A stretch of DNA of 64,000 bases from Candidatus Parcubacteria bacterium. GTDB taxonomy: Bacteria; Patescibacteriota; Minisyncoccia; UBA6257; HR35. The stretch covers positions 227,656-291,655 of the forward strand of contig AP024681.1 in the NCBI GenBank assembly GCA_025999335.1, written 5' to 3'. Both the position numbers and the translations under genes were made by a program. This document shows positions 44,705 to 54,214 of this stretch, in pieces. A model generated the notes under the pieces. That model saw only the letters and a program-made list of their open reading frames with translations, was not told the DNA's origin and ran no database searches. How positions within the stretch are numbered: the stretch's first letter is position 1; each line of letters begins with the position of its first letter.

Positions 44705-46225
44705 ATGACTAATCCATTTATTTTAATAATCTATATTGGGATTGGTATGGTAATTGGTTATTTTTTGAAACAAACCCTTACCAATATCCAAAACAAAAAA
44801 CTTCAACAAGAATTAGAAGAAAAATTAACCATCAGCAAAAAAGAAGCTGAAAATATAGTCAAAGAAGCAAGAGAGAAATCTATCAATATTATCGAAGAAG
44901 CTAAAAAAGAAAAAGAAAAAATATTGGACGATGTTCTTCAAAGAGAGCAAAGAATTAGCCAAAGAGAAAAAATTTTAGATAATCGTGAAATAACTCTTAT
45001 CGAAAAAGAAAAAAATATTACTAAAACTCTTGAAGAATTAAAGAGTAAAAATCAAGAATTAAACGACAAAGAAAAAATACTAATGGAGCAGCTACAAAAA
45101 ATATCAGGTTTCTCTCAAGAAGAAGCTTTAAAAATGTTATTTGAAAAGCTAGAAAGCGATAACGAAGCAGAATTGATTAGTAGAATTATTAAATTAAAAC
45201 AAAGAAATGAAGAAGAAATAGCTCAAGAAACTAAAAAAATAATTTACACTGCTTTACCACGTTATGCTCGTTCCGTAGTCAATGAAATTACAACAACAAC
45301 CATTTCTCTACCCAATGAAGAAATGAAAGGACGAATTATTGGTAAAGAAGGTAGAAACATCAAACATTTTGAAAACCTTACCGGCGTTGAAATTGTTATC
45401 GATGAAACGCCTGACATAGTTATTCTGTCGTCCTTTGATCCAGTAAGACGAGAAATAGCTAGATTAGCCTTAGAAAAACTACTCAAAGATGGCAGAATTC
45501 ATCCCGCCAGCATTGAAGAAAAAGTTCAAGAAGCCAAAGAAGAAATTGAAAAAATAATTGAAGAAACAGGCAAAAATGCTAGCTACGAACTAGGCATTTT
45601 TGATTTACCTCAAGAAATAATGATTCTAATGGGAAGATTAAAATTCCGTTATAGTTATGGCCAAAATGTTTTACAACATTCTATAGAAATGGCACATATT
45701 GCAAAAATGATAGCTGAAGAATTAAATTTAAATCCTTTTATTGCTAAAAAAGGAGCTTTTTTACATGATATTGGTAAAGCAGTTACCCACGAAATTGAAG
45801 GTAGTCATTTAGAAATAGGCATTAAAATCTTACAAAAATATAACATTGAAGAAGAGGTTATTTTAGCGATGCGTTCTCATCACGAAACTTATCCCTTCGG
45901 CAACCCTTATGCTTACATAGTTCTTGCCGCGGACATATTCTCTGCTGGTAGGCCTGGAGCTCGAAGAGAAACAACGGAAATTTATCTTCAAAGAGTTAAT
46001 GACCTAGAAAAAATAGCTAATAGCTTTGAAGGCGTTGAAAAAAGCTTTGCTATTTCAGGAGGTAGAGAATTACGTGTTTTTGTTTCCACTGAAAAAATTA
46101 AAGATATAGAAATCTATAAATTAGCCAAAGATATAGCCCAAAAAATAGAAAAAGACTTAAGATATCCCGGGGAAATTAAGGTTGTAGTTATAAGGGAAAA
46201 TAGAGCTGTAGAATATGCGCGTTAA
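44705..46225 (+). CDS. rny: Ribonuclease Y
   Basis: N-terminal TM, long coiled coil, KH (IIGKEGRNIKHFE), HD domain (HSIEMAHIA...LHDIGK). Confidence 0.85.
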   Translation: MTNPFILIIYIGIGMVIGYFLKQTLTNIQNKKLQQELEEKLTISKKEAENIVKEAREKSINIIEEAKKEKEKILDDVLQREQRISQREKILDNREITLIEKEKNITKTLEELKSKNQELNDKEKILMEQLQKISGFSQEEALKMLFEKLESDNEAELISRIIKLKQRNEEEIAQETKKIIYTALPRYARSVVNEITTTTISLPNEEMKGRIIGKEGRNIKHFENLTGVEIVIDETPDIVILSSFDPVRREIARLALEKLLKDGRIHPASIEEKVQEAKEEIEKIIEETGKNASYELGIFDLPQEIMILMGRLKFRYSYGQNVLQHSIEMAHIAKMIAEELNLNPFIAKKGAFLHDIGKAVTHEIEGSHLEIGIKILQKYNIEEEVILAMRSHHETYPFGNPYAYIVLAADIFSAGRPGARRETTEIYLQRVNDLEKIANSFEGVEKSFAISGGRELRVFVSTEKIKDIEIYKLAKDIAQKIEKDLRYPGEIKVVVIRENRAVEYAR

Positions 46226-46345
46226 ATACTGAAAAACCAATAAATTAACTATTAACATATTCACATTTCAAGTTTTTATAAAAATATAATATAATTATAT
46301 ATATAAATAATGGTCGTTTTTAAATTAGCAAAATTTATCTTATAA

Positions 46346-46636
46346 ATGGCAAAAGGAAATATCATAAAAGCTAAAGATTTAGCACAAAAATTAGTCGACA
46401 AATTTAATACTACTAAAAAAGAAGCAGTCGAAATAATAGAATTTTTAAAAACAGAAATAGTTAACAATTTAAAGAGCGGTTATCAAGTAAAAATTGCTGG
46501 TTTAGGTACATTTAAAGTAAGACAACGAAAAGAAAGAATGGCTTTGAATCCTAAAACAGGCGAAAAAGTATTGGTTCCAGCAACAAAAGTTCCTAAATTT
46601 ACTCCGGCTAAAGATTTAAAAGAAGCAGTTAAATAA
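46346..46636 (+). CDS. hup: DNA-binding protein HU
   Basis: GYQVKIAGLGTFKVRQRKERMALNPKTGEKVLVPATKVPKFTPAKDLK; HU arm signature. Confidence 0.85.
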   Translation: MAKGNIIKAKDLAQKLVDKFNTTKKEAVEIIEFLKTEIVNNLKSGYQVKIAGLGTFKVRQRKERMALNPKTGEKVLVPATKVPKFTPAKDLKEAVK

Positions 46637-46664
46637 AAAACTAAAAATATAATAAATTTTATGT

Positions 46665-47582
46665 ATGATCAATGTATATATTATTATTACCAAAGATAGA
46701 AAACTAGCAGAACTTGAAATTAACAAAATATCAAAAAAAAATATCCTTTTGAGCATCTCTAAAAATAATTGGCAAATTTTTATTGATAATTTACAGAAGC
46801 ATTTAAATTTAAATATTCTTGGTGCTCAAGAGAATATCGTTATTTATAATATTGATCTTCTAAACGAAAAATATATTGATCAATTAGTTTATCTTATTAA
46901 AGATGCTAAAAAAATTATTTTCTTCATAGCTAACAGTCAACCTCTTTATTTAGAAGATAAAATAAAGAAAGAAAAAATTCCTCATAAAATTATTAATCTC
47001 CATAGCATCACCAATAACTCAGCTAATTTTGCTAAATATATTAAGCAATTTTTTAATGAGCACAAAATAGCCTTAACGCCAAAATTATTAAATTTCTTAC
47101 AAGAAAACTACAAAAATAACATTGATTTATTAATTAATGATTTAGAGAGATTTAATTTTGCTATTAAAAACAATAATTTTAATGATATCGATAAACAAAT
47201 AGCTAATTTCTTTACGCTTATACCTAATGTCTTTAAAATTCAAGATTATTTTCTAAGCTTACAATGGACTTTATTTATTCATAATTTCAAAAAAATTATT
47301 CAAACATCATCAAATCAGGAACTATTGCAATTATTATCTTTAATAATTCACTCTTTAATAAAAATATATATCTTAAAAAACTCTCCTAATTATAAACTAC
47401 GCAATTCTTATTTTTATATTCAAAAATTAAAAGATAAAGCTCAACGTTTAGACAACGAAACTTTAAAAAAAATGATCGCCGCTTTAGCAACCACCGACGC
47501 TAAATTCAAAAAATTCGCTATTAGCAAAGAAGAAATACCTGAAGATATAGTTTTTAATTTGCTATTTAATTTTAGATACTAA
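46665..47582 (+). CDS. holA: DNA polymerase III delta subunit-like (putative)
   Basis: 305-aa ORF; the call rests on size and adjacency to rpsT (holA-rpsT linkage is common); no strong motif seen. Confidence 0.3.
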   Translation: MINVYIIITKDRKLAELEINKISKKNILLSISKNNWQIFIDNLQKHLNLNILGAQENIVIYNIDLLNEKYIDQLVYLIKDAKKIIFFIANSQPLYLEDKIKKEKIPHKIINLHSITNNSANFAKYIKQFFNEHKIALTPKLLNFLQENYKNNIDLLINDLERFNFAIKNNNFNDIDKQIANFFTLIPNVFKIQDYFLSLQWTLFIHNFKKIIQTSSNQELLQLLSLIIHSLIKIYILKNSPNYKLRNSYFYIQKLKDKAQRLDNETLKKMIAALATTDAKFKKFAISKEEIPEDIVFNLLFNFRY

Positions 47583-47840
47583 TTTTGCGTATTTTGATTT
47601 AAGACGCGCTGCCTTATTAGGATGAATAAATCTTTTAGCGCCTTTATCTATTTGTTTATATATATTTTTTAATTTCTCTTCCAAAACATCTTTAGCAAAA
47701 TTTTCTGAACTTTTTGCTTGCCCAAGTTGTTTCGTCAAATCTTTTATCGCTTGTTTAATTTTTCGACGACGACGATCATTAAAAATTTTATTACGTAAAC
47801 TTTGTTTTAAAGCTTTCTTGCTTGATCGAGTTCTAGGCAT
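47562..47840 (-). CDS. rpsT: 30S ribosomal protein S20
   Basis: MPRTRSSKKALKQSLRNKIFNDRRRRKIKQAIK...; S20-like. Confidence 0.8.
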   Translation of the reverse strand: MPRTRSSKKALKQSLRNKIFNDRRRRKIKQAIKDLTKQLGQAKSSENFAKDVLEEKLKNIYKQIDKGAKRFIHPNKAARLKSKYAKLVSKIK

Positions 47841-47848
47841 TTAAAAGA

Positions 47849-48391
47849 TTACAATTGTTTTTTTAATTCTTCGACGGCTTTCTTTATTTTATCAGATAAA
47901 TTTTGAGGCAATTTAAATTTTAATTTTATAACTATCCGCTTCCTACCATCATAAACAGGAATCTCAATATACTCTTTTTTAAAAGCTTCTAAAGGATTTA
48001 ATTCTATAATAATCTCGCTTTGTGTTTCGTAACCCCCGCGAGGAGTACTATGTTTAGTTGCGTAACCTGTGTCAAAAATAGAAAAAATATCTTTAAAAAG
48101 ATTAAAAATGTCATCTTCAAAAATTTGCTTATGGAAAAAACCTTCTGAACCAATATTAGTAAAAAAATCATCCCCAAAATAACCTCTTTGCCCAAATCTT
48201 CTTTGTGCATCGTACTGCGCTCTCAATTTCTTGTCTGATAAAACCCTGTAAGCTTCAACTATTTTTTTAAATTTATTAGCATCACCTCCTCGGTCAGGAT
48301 GATATTTTTTAGCTAAATCGCGAAAAGCTTTCTTAATTTCATCTTCGCTAGCATTCTCTGGCACGCCTAAAATATCGTAATAATTTTCCAT
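47849..48391 (-). CDS. J-domain protein (short DnaJ-like co-chaperone without zinc-finger domain)
   Basis: YYDILGV...KKYHPD J-domain with HPD tripeptide; 180 aa; no CxxCxGxG repeats. Confidence 0.7.
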   Translation of the reverse strand: MENYYDILGVPENASEDEIKKAFRDLAKKYHPDRGGDANKFKKIVEAYRVLSDKKLRAQYDAQRRFGQRGYFGDDFFTNIGSEGFFHKQIFEDDIFNLFKDIFSIFDTGYATKHSTPRGGYETQSEIIIELNPLEAFKKEYIEIPVYDGRKRIVIKLKFKLPQNLSDKIKKAVEELKKQL

Positions 48392-48414
48392 TGGTTAAAA
48401 GGATTATAAAATTA

Positions 48415-49209
48415 TTAAAACTGCAAAAATTGTTTAGCGACTGGTTGATCAACAATTTTCAATATATTAAATTTTAGCATTAAAAAAAATATTAAATAAG
48501 ACAGCAAAGATAAAATAAAACCCAGAACATAGAAGAATCCGTGCAAAACAATAATAGATGTTAGAAAAAGATAAAGAATATTATTATTCTTAGTCAAGTT
48601 ATCGTTCATAAAAGCATAGATTCTTTGCAGAGCTTCTTCGTTGTTTAATAAAGAAGATAGCAATAAATCAAAATTAACTAGTCTAATTTCTTTTGGTGGT
48701 TGATTAAAGTTAAGATATTGAACAAAAAAAACATAAACATTACGCATGCCTTCTTTAAATTCAACAAAGTCAAAAGGTAGTTTATTAGAAAAATCAAAAT
48801 TAATATAAACATAAAGAAAAATCATCAAAACAATAGCATGAAATATAAATATAAAATTATTATGAGCTATTTTGATAAATGGCAACTGAACTGAAGATAA
48901 AAAATAATTATGATTATAATTAACTTTTAATAAGGAAAGTAAGAAAAGCAAAACGCCGCCCAGAGGAAAAATATAAGCAACAAAAACACTAAAGGTAAGC
49001 CAAAGCAAAATATTTTCCAATAAAGAATTAACTAACTCCAAAACAGTAATAATTGTTATTAAAAAAATTAATAAACTAAAAAATATAAATAATTTTATCG
49101 TAACATAAAAGTTACTATAAAAAATAAAATAAAAAAGAAGTAAATCAATAATAATTAAAGCAAAAAAAATTATTTGTTTTAGATTAAATTGCAAACTATC
49201 AGAAAACAT
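48415..49209 (-). CDS. Polytopic membrane protein, unknown
   Basis: 264 aa, about six hydrophobic helices; lies between dnaK and the J-domain gene. Confidence 0.3.
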   Translation of the reverse strand: MFSDSLQFNLKQIIFFALIIIDLLLFYFIFYSNFYVTIKLFIFFSLLIFLITIITVLELVNSLLENILLWLTFSVFVAYIFPLGGVLLFLLSLLKVNYNHNYFLSSVQLPFIKIAHNNFIFIFHAIVLMIFLYVYINFDFSNKLPFDFVEFKEGMRNVYVFFVQYLNFNQPPKEIRLVNFDLLLSSLLNNEEALQRIYAFMNDNLTKNNNILYLFLTSIIVLHGFFYVLGFILSLLSYLIFFLMLKFNILKIVDQPVAKQFLQF

Positions 49210-49214
49210 AAAAA

Positions 49215-51029
49215 CTATTGATTCGGGCTTTGGTAAAAAGCGCCTCCTATTTGAGATAACAATTCATTTAATTCATTTATTTTAGCATCTATTTCTTCAC
49301 CGTTCATAGCGGTATTTTTAACATTCTCTAATTCTTTAATTTTATCATAGATTTTTTGCTTTAAATCGTCGTTGATTTTATCCTGGTATTCTTCAATTAC
49401 TTTTCTTGCTTGATAGATTAAATTATCAGCTCTATTTTTCGCTTCCGCCAATTTTCTTTTACGAAAATCTTCGGCAGCATATTGTTCGGTTTCCTTCTTT
49501 AATCTCTCAATTTCTTCTTTGGAAATATTCACTGAATTTGTAATCTTAACACTTTGACTTTTGTTAGTTGCTTTATCAATGGCGGTAACTGTTAAAATAC
49601 CATTTTGGTCAACATCGAAAGTAACTTCAATTTGAGGTATGCCTCTTTTAGCTGGTGGAATTCCATCTAACAAAAATCGCGCCAAAGTTTTATTGTCTTG
49701 AGCCATAGGTCTTTCACCTTGAACAACATGAACTTCAACAACAGTTTGATTATCTTCAGCGGTTGTGAAAATTTCTTTTTTAGAAAAAGGAATTGGAGTG
49801 TTTTTAGGAATCATTGGATGAGCAATGCCACCAAGAGTTTCAATGCTTAAAGTTAAAGGTACAACATCTAATAAAAGAATTTCTCTAACATCGCCTTGCA
49901 AAATGCCAGCTTGAATAGCGGCGCCAATAGCAACAACTTCGTCAGGATTAATATCTTTCCTTGGCTCTTTACCAAAAAGTTCTTTAACCTTCTGTTGAAT
50001 TAAAGGCATCCTTGTTTGGCCACCAACGAGAACAATATCATTAATATCTTCTGGTTTTAAATTTGCTTCTTTTAATGTTTTTTTAACTAATTCAATTGAC
50101 TTTTCAACTAAATCTCGAGTTAAATCTTCTAGTTGACTTCTTGTTAATTTAAAGTATAAATGTTTAGGACCTGCTGGCGAAGAAGTAATAAAAGGCAAAT
50201 TAATTTCTGTCTCGTATAAAGTCGATAATTCTTGTTTAGCACGTTCAGCTGATTCTTTTAATCTTTGCAAAGCTAAAACATCTTTAGATAAATCAATGCC
50301 TTCTTCCTTTTTATACCAATCAATTAAAAACTGGATGATACGTTGATCAAAATCATCGCCGCCTAAAAAAGTATCTCCTCCAATGCCTTTGGTTTCAATA
50401 ACCTGATCGCCAACTTCTAAAATTGAAATATCAAAAGTACCTCCGCCAAAGTCATAAACTAAAATTCGAGCATTAGTGTTTTTATCTAATCCGTAAGCTA
50501 AAGCTGCTGCTGTAGGTTCAGGCAATAATCTTTTAACCTCTAAACCAGCTATTTCGCCAGCGGCTTTTGTTGCCGCTCTTTGGGAATCGTCAAAATACGC
50601 TGGACAAGTAATAACTGCTTCTTTTATTTCTTCGCCTAATTTCTCTTCAACATCGCTTTTAATTTTCTGAAGAATCATTGCTGAAATTTCTTCAGGTCGG
50701 TACCACTTATCCCCCATTTGAACTTCAACACCACCGTTATTCGATTCTCTAATTTTATAGGGGAGGATATTTTTAATTTTTTGAACTTCTTGATCTTGAT
50801 AGCGTCTTCCGATTAATCTTTTAACAGAAAAAATTGTATTATGCGGATTAGTAACCGCTTGTCTTTTAGCTAAAATGCCAACTAATCGTTCATTAGATTT
50901 CGACATAGCAACAACTGAAGGAGTTAAGCGTGAACCTTCTCTATTTTCAAGCACTCTAAAAACTCCGGCTTCAACAATAGCCGCTACTGAATTAGTAGTG
51001 CCAAGATCAATGCCTATGATTCGAGCCAT
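49215..51029 (-). CDS. dnaK: Chaperone DnaK (Hsp70)
   Basis: IGIDLGTTNS, DLGGGTFD, VLVGGQTRMP signatures; 604 aa. Confidence 0.95.
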   Translation of the reverse strand: MARIIGIDLGTTNSVAAIVEAGVFRVLENREGSRLTPSVVAMSKSNERLVGILAKRQAVTNPHNTIFSVKRLIGRRYQDQEVQKIKNILPYKIRESNNGGVEVQMGDKWYRPEEISAMILQKIKSDVEEKLGEEIKEAVITCPAYFDDSQRAATKAAGEIAGLEVKRLLPEPTAAALAYGLDKNTNARILVYDFGGGTFDISILEVGDQVIETKGIGGDTFLGGDDFDQRIIQFLIDWYKKEEGIDLSKDVLALQRLKESAERAKQELSTLYETEINLPFITSSPAGPKHLYFKLTRSQLEDLTRDLVEKSIELVKKTLKEANLKPEDINDIVLVGGQTRMPLIQQKVKELFGKEPRKDINPDEVVAIGAAIQAGILQGDVREILLLDVVPLTLSIETLGGIAHPMIPKNTPIPFSKKEIFTTAEDNQTVVEVHVVQGERPMAQDNKTLARFLLDGIPPAKRGIPQIEVTFDVDQNGILTVTAIDKATNKSQSVKITNSVNISKEEIERLKKETEQYAAEDFRKRKLAEAKNRADNLIYQARKVIEEYQDKINDDLKQKIYDKIKELENVKNTAMNGEEIDAKINELNELLSQIGGAFYQSPNQ

Positions 51030-51052
51030 TGAAAAATATAAATAAATTAACT

Positions 51053-51562
51053 TTAATTATGACTTAAAACTTTAACCCGCGCTGGACGTATAATTTTATT
51101 ATTATAAACATATCCTTTGCTAAATACTTCAACAATTAAGCCGTCATCACTTTTATCACATTGAGGTTTTGAACATTTCTCTGTTAAAATAGCTTCGTGT
51201 AAGTTCGGATCAAATTTCTTCATTTCAGTAATCTCAAAAACACCAAATTTATTTAAAATATCTTTTAATTGTGAATAAATAAGATAAAAGCCTTTGCTAA
51301 CCGCATCATCTTTAACTTCATTAAAAGCTAATTCGAAATTATCTAAAATATTTAACAAATAATAAACTAATTCAAAATTGGCTATTTCTTTAATCTGTTT
51401 TAATTTCTCTTCATACTCACTTTGCAACCTTAAAACATCATTTTTTGCTCTTTTTAAATTGTCTAAATATTGTTCTTTTTCTTTTTCTAATTGCGAAATT
51501 TTAGCCATCAATTCATCAATAGTTTCTGTTTGTTTTGGTAATTCTTCTTTTTCAGAATTCAT
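51053..51562 (-). CDS. grpE: Nucleotide exchange factor GrpE
   Basis: 169 aa, coiled-coil N-terminus and GrpE-like C-terminus; immediately upstream of dnaK. Confidence 0.7.
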   Translation of the reverse strand: MNSEKEELPKQTETIDELMAKISQLEKEKEQYLDNLKRAKNDVLRLQSEYEEKLKQIKEIANFELVYYLLNILDNFELAFNEVKDDAVSKGFYLIYSQLKDILNKFGVFEITEMKKFDPNLHEAILTEKCSKPQCDKSDDGLIVEVFSKGYVYNNKIIRPARVKVLSHN

Positions 51563-51649
51563 AGAAAAATAAAGAAAATTTTAAATTAAGAAATCAATTT
51601 ATGACTAAGCGACTAAAAAAATAAATTGGAATTAAAAGTAGTTAAAAAT

Positions 51650-52054
51650 TTATTCAATTTTTATTTCTTTGCCTGTTTCAATTGTTTTTTCAATTTTAGG
51701 AAGCACAACTTTTAAAATTCCGTTAGTCAAAGAAGCTTTTGCTTGTTTGTGGTCAACTTCTTTAGGAATTGGAATAACTTTTAAAAATGAACCTTTTTTA
51801 ATTTCTCTTCTCCAGTAATTTTTGTTTTTTTCTTCTTTTTCTTCAGAACTTTTTCCTTCAATCTTTAAATAACCCTCTTGAAATGAAACTTTAATATCTT
51901 TTTTATCAAAACCAGGAATTTGTAATTCAACAACAACATCTTTATCAGTCTCGTAAATATTGCTTGCTAAATAATTAACATCTTTAAAAGGAATCAAATC
52001 TCCTTCAAAAAATTTATCTAAAAAATTACGAAATTCGTCTCTTCTAATAATCAT
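51650..52054 (-). CDS. Small heat-shock protein (Hsp20/alpha-crystallin)
   Basis: 134 aa; alpha-crystallin domain pattern (VVELQIPGFDKKDIKVSFQEGYLKIEGK...ASLTNGILKVVLPK). Confidence 0.75.
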   Translation of the reverse strand: MIIRRDEFRNFLDKFFEGDLIPFKDVNYLASNIYETDKDVVVELQIPGFDKKDIKVSFQEGYLKIEGKSSEEKEEKNKNYWRREIKKGSFLKVIPIPKEVDHKQAKASLTNGILKVVLPKIEKTIETGKEIKIE

Positions 52055-52519
52055 AGTAAAAATAAGAAAATTTAAATAGCGACCTTTAGAGTCTAAAATA
52101 GAGTATTTATATTTTATATTATACTCAAGACAAAAATAAAAGTCAATATGCTAAAAAACCAATTAAATTAATATCATTTAAATGTTTAGAAAGTAATAGA
52201 TACTAATTAACGATTTTTAAATAAATAATAATATAAAGTTGGATCAGAAAAAATCCATATATACAAAATACCAATTAATAAAAAAACCAAAAATAAGATA
52301 AGTTTTTCCCACATAATAAGCATTAAATTATTGTTAATTAAGCTTATGTCTTTATTTTATCTTATTTTTTCAAAAAATAAAAATGTGCTACCTTAATAAA
52401 GTTTTAAAAAGTTATACACAAATTTATATTGATTTAAAAATTAAAATATGTTATAATAAATTATGGTTTATATTTAGGTCGTTTAGATTTTTTAATTATA
52501 ATTAAAAAATTAAACAATA

Positions 52520-52798
52520 ATGGAAAATAGAAATTTAACTATAGTATTAGTTATTGTAATTTTAATAGCTTTAGGCGCAGTAACTTGGTGGTTTGTAAAT
52601 AAACAACAAACATCTGAAGTGCCTGCTCCTGTAGAAACAACAACAACACCGACAGAGACTCCTCCGGCAACTCCTCCGCAACCATCAGAAACTCCTGGCG
52701 CTCAACCAACGCCAGAAACAACGCCAACGTCAACCACAACTCCAACAACAGGATCAACACCTACACCAACAACAACTACACCTACCCCTATACCATAA
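52520..52798 (+). CDS. Small membrane-anchored Pro/Thr-rich (mucin-like) protein
   Basis: N-terminal TM LTIVLVIVILIALGAVTWWFV, then about 60 aa of TPxTP repeats; locally GC-rich codons; followed by a strong terminator. Confidence 0.45.
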   Translation: MENRNLTIVLVIVILIALGAVTWWFVNKQQTSEVPAPVETTTTPTETPPATPPQPSETPGAQPTPETTPTSTTTPTTGSTPTPTTTTPTPIP

Positions 52799-52826
52799 AC
52801 AAATTAATTTAGCAATAAATAATAAA

Positions 52827-52858
52827 AACAACCTCCATTTGGAGGTTGTTTTTATTTT
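52827..52858 (+). terminator. Rho-independent terminator
   Basis: AACAACCTCC-ATTT-GGAGGTTGTT perfect 10-bp stem followed by TTTATTTT. Confidence 0.65.
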
Positions 52859-52888
52859 AAGTTAAAATATAATATATATTCTTCAATA

Positions 52889-54199
52889 ATGATAGATCCT
52901 ATAACTTTTGTTTTAAGGTTTATTTTTGATTTTTGGTGGCTATTGCTACCTCTATTTTTATGGCAAATCTATTGGGAACAATACAAAAGCATAAAGCAAA
53001 CCGATTATTCTAAAAATATTGAATGGGATTTTATTGAAATTAAATTTCCTGCTAATATTCTTAAAACACCTAAAGCTATGGAAGAAGCCCTTAATGCCCT
53101 TCACAGTATTCATCCTGATGAAAATAAAGAAATGACTTGGTACAATTTAAATATTAAAGGTTTTACACCTCTAAGTTATGCTTTTTTAATAATTTTTAAT
53201 CAAAAAAAATTACGTTTTTTTATTCGTTTTCCTAAACAATTAAACAATTTTTTAAAAACAAGATTATATACCTTTTACCCGGATTTACAATTAGAAAACG
53301 TCCCTGATCCTTTAGCTATTTTGCCACCTCAAATCCCTAACAGTTTTTTTGATGTCGCCAGTTATGATGTAAGATTAAAAAAAGAAGATGCTTATCCTAT
53401 AAAAACATATCAATATATTGATGTTCCTTCGGCAGAACAACCTATAGATATTTTTGCTAGTTTTAGCGAAGCAAGCAATGAAATTGAAAACAACGAATGG
53501 TTGATCATTCAATTATTAGCTGTACCTACAACTGCTAATAATAACAAAATAGGCAAAAAATGGATAAAAAGAGCTGAAGAAACAAAAAATAAATTAATTG
53601 GCAAAGAAGAAACAAAAGAAAACCCTCTGACAGAAGAAATAGTTGAATTTATTAAAAACTTGCTCTCCAGTCCTTGGGTAGAAATAACTTGGAAAAATAA
53701 AGAAGAACAAAAAAAGAAAGAATTCTCTTTACAACAATTAACTCCCGGCGAAAAAAATGTTTTAGAAAAAATAGAAAATAAAATGGCAAAACTTGGTTAT
53801 TGGTGTAATATCCGCGTAGCCTATATCGCTCCTCAAGATATAATTGAACAAAGAAAAAAAATTATCGAAACTCTTATTAAAAGTCTATTCAAAAATTTTG
53901 ACAGCGAGGACAGCAACGGCTTTGTTGTCAATGAATTAACTTATCGAAGAATTATCCCGCCAAACTTAAGCTTATTGTCATTCATTGCTAAATCTTTGGA
54001 GTATAACGACATAATTAAATACAGAAAAATAACTCTACCGTCGTATATGAAAAAACAATTCGCTGAGCTAAAACTTGATGAAGGCTTTATTTTAAACACA
54101 GAAGAGCTCGCCTCAATTTTCCACCCACCATTAACTTCAGTCGAAGCCATAGGTTTTAAAAAAATTCAAACAAAACATATTCCTCCGCCAACATTTTAA
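52889..54199 (+). CDS. Membrane protein partner of the T4CP-like ATPase, unknown
   Basis: 436 aa; N-terminal hydrophobic region (ITFVLRFIFDFWWLLLPLFLWQIYW), then a soluble domain; its stop is 15 bp before the ATPase gene. Confidence 0.35.
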   Translation: MIDPITFVLRFIFDFWWLLLPLFLWQIYWEQYKSIKQTDYSKNIEWDFIEIKFPANILKTPKAMEEALNALHSIHPDENKEMTWYNLNIKGFTPLSYAFLIIFNQKKLRFFIRFPKQLNNFLKTRLYTFYPDLQLENVPDPLAILPPQIPNSFFDVASYDVRLKKEDAYPIKTYQYIDVPSAEQPIDIFASFSEASNEIENNEWLIIQLLAVPTTANNNKIGKKWIKRAEETKNKLIGKEETKENPLTEEIVEFIKNLLSSPWVEITWKNKEEQKKKEFSLQQLTPGEKNVLEKIENKMAKLGYWCNIRVAYIAPQDIIEQRKKIIETLIKSLFKNFDSEDSNGFVVNELTYRRIIPPNLSLLSFIAKSLEYNDIIKYRKITLPSYMKKQFAELKLDEGFILNTEELASIFHPPLTSVEAIGFKKIQTKHIPPPTF

Positions 54200-54214
54200 A
54201 ATATTATCATAATA

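Noticed and set aside
52055-52519. Long AT-rich intergenic region upstream of hsp20 as a candidate structured ncRNA (RNase P RNA, tmRNA)
   Set aside because: The region is extremely AT-rich with no GC-rich helices or conserved boxes. It contains only a possible 35-aa hydrophobic mini-ORF on the minus strand, so it is more likely a promoter or leader.
52551-52760. 69-aa minus-strand ORF antisense to the Pro/Thr-rich gene
   Set aside because: It is the mirror of the repetitive TPxTP coding repeats (giving a Leu/Glu-rich translation). The plus-strand frame has a TM plus a coherent repeat and a terminator.
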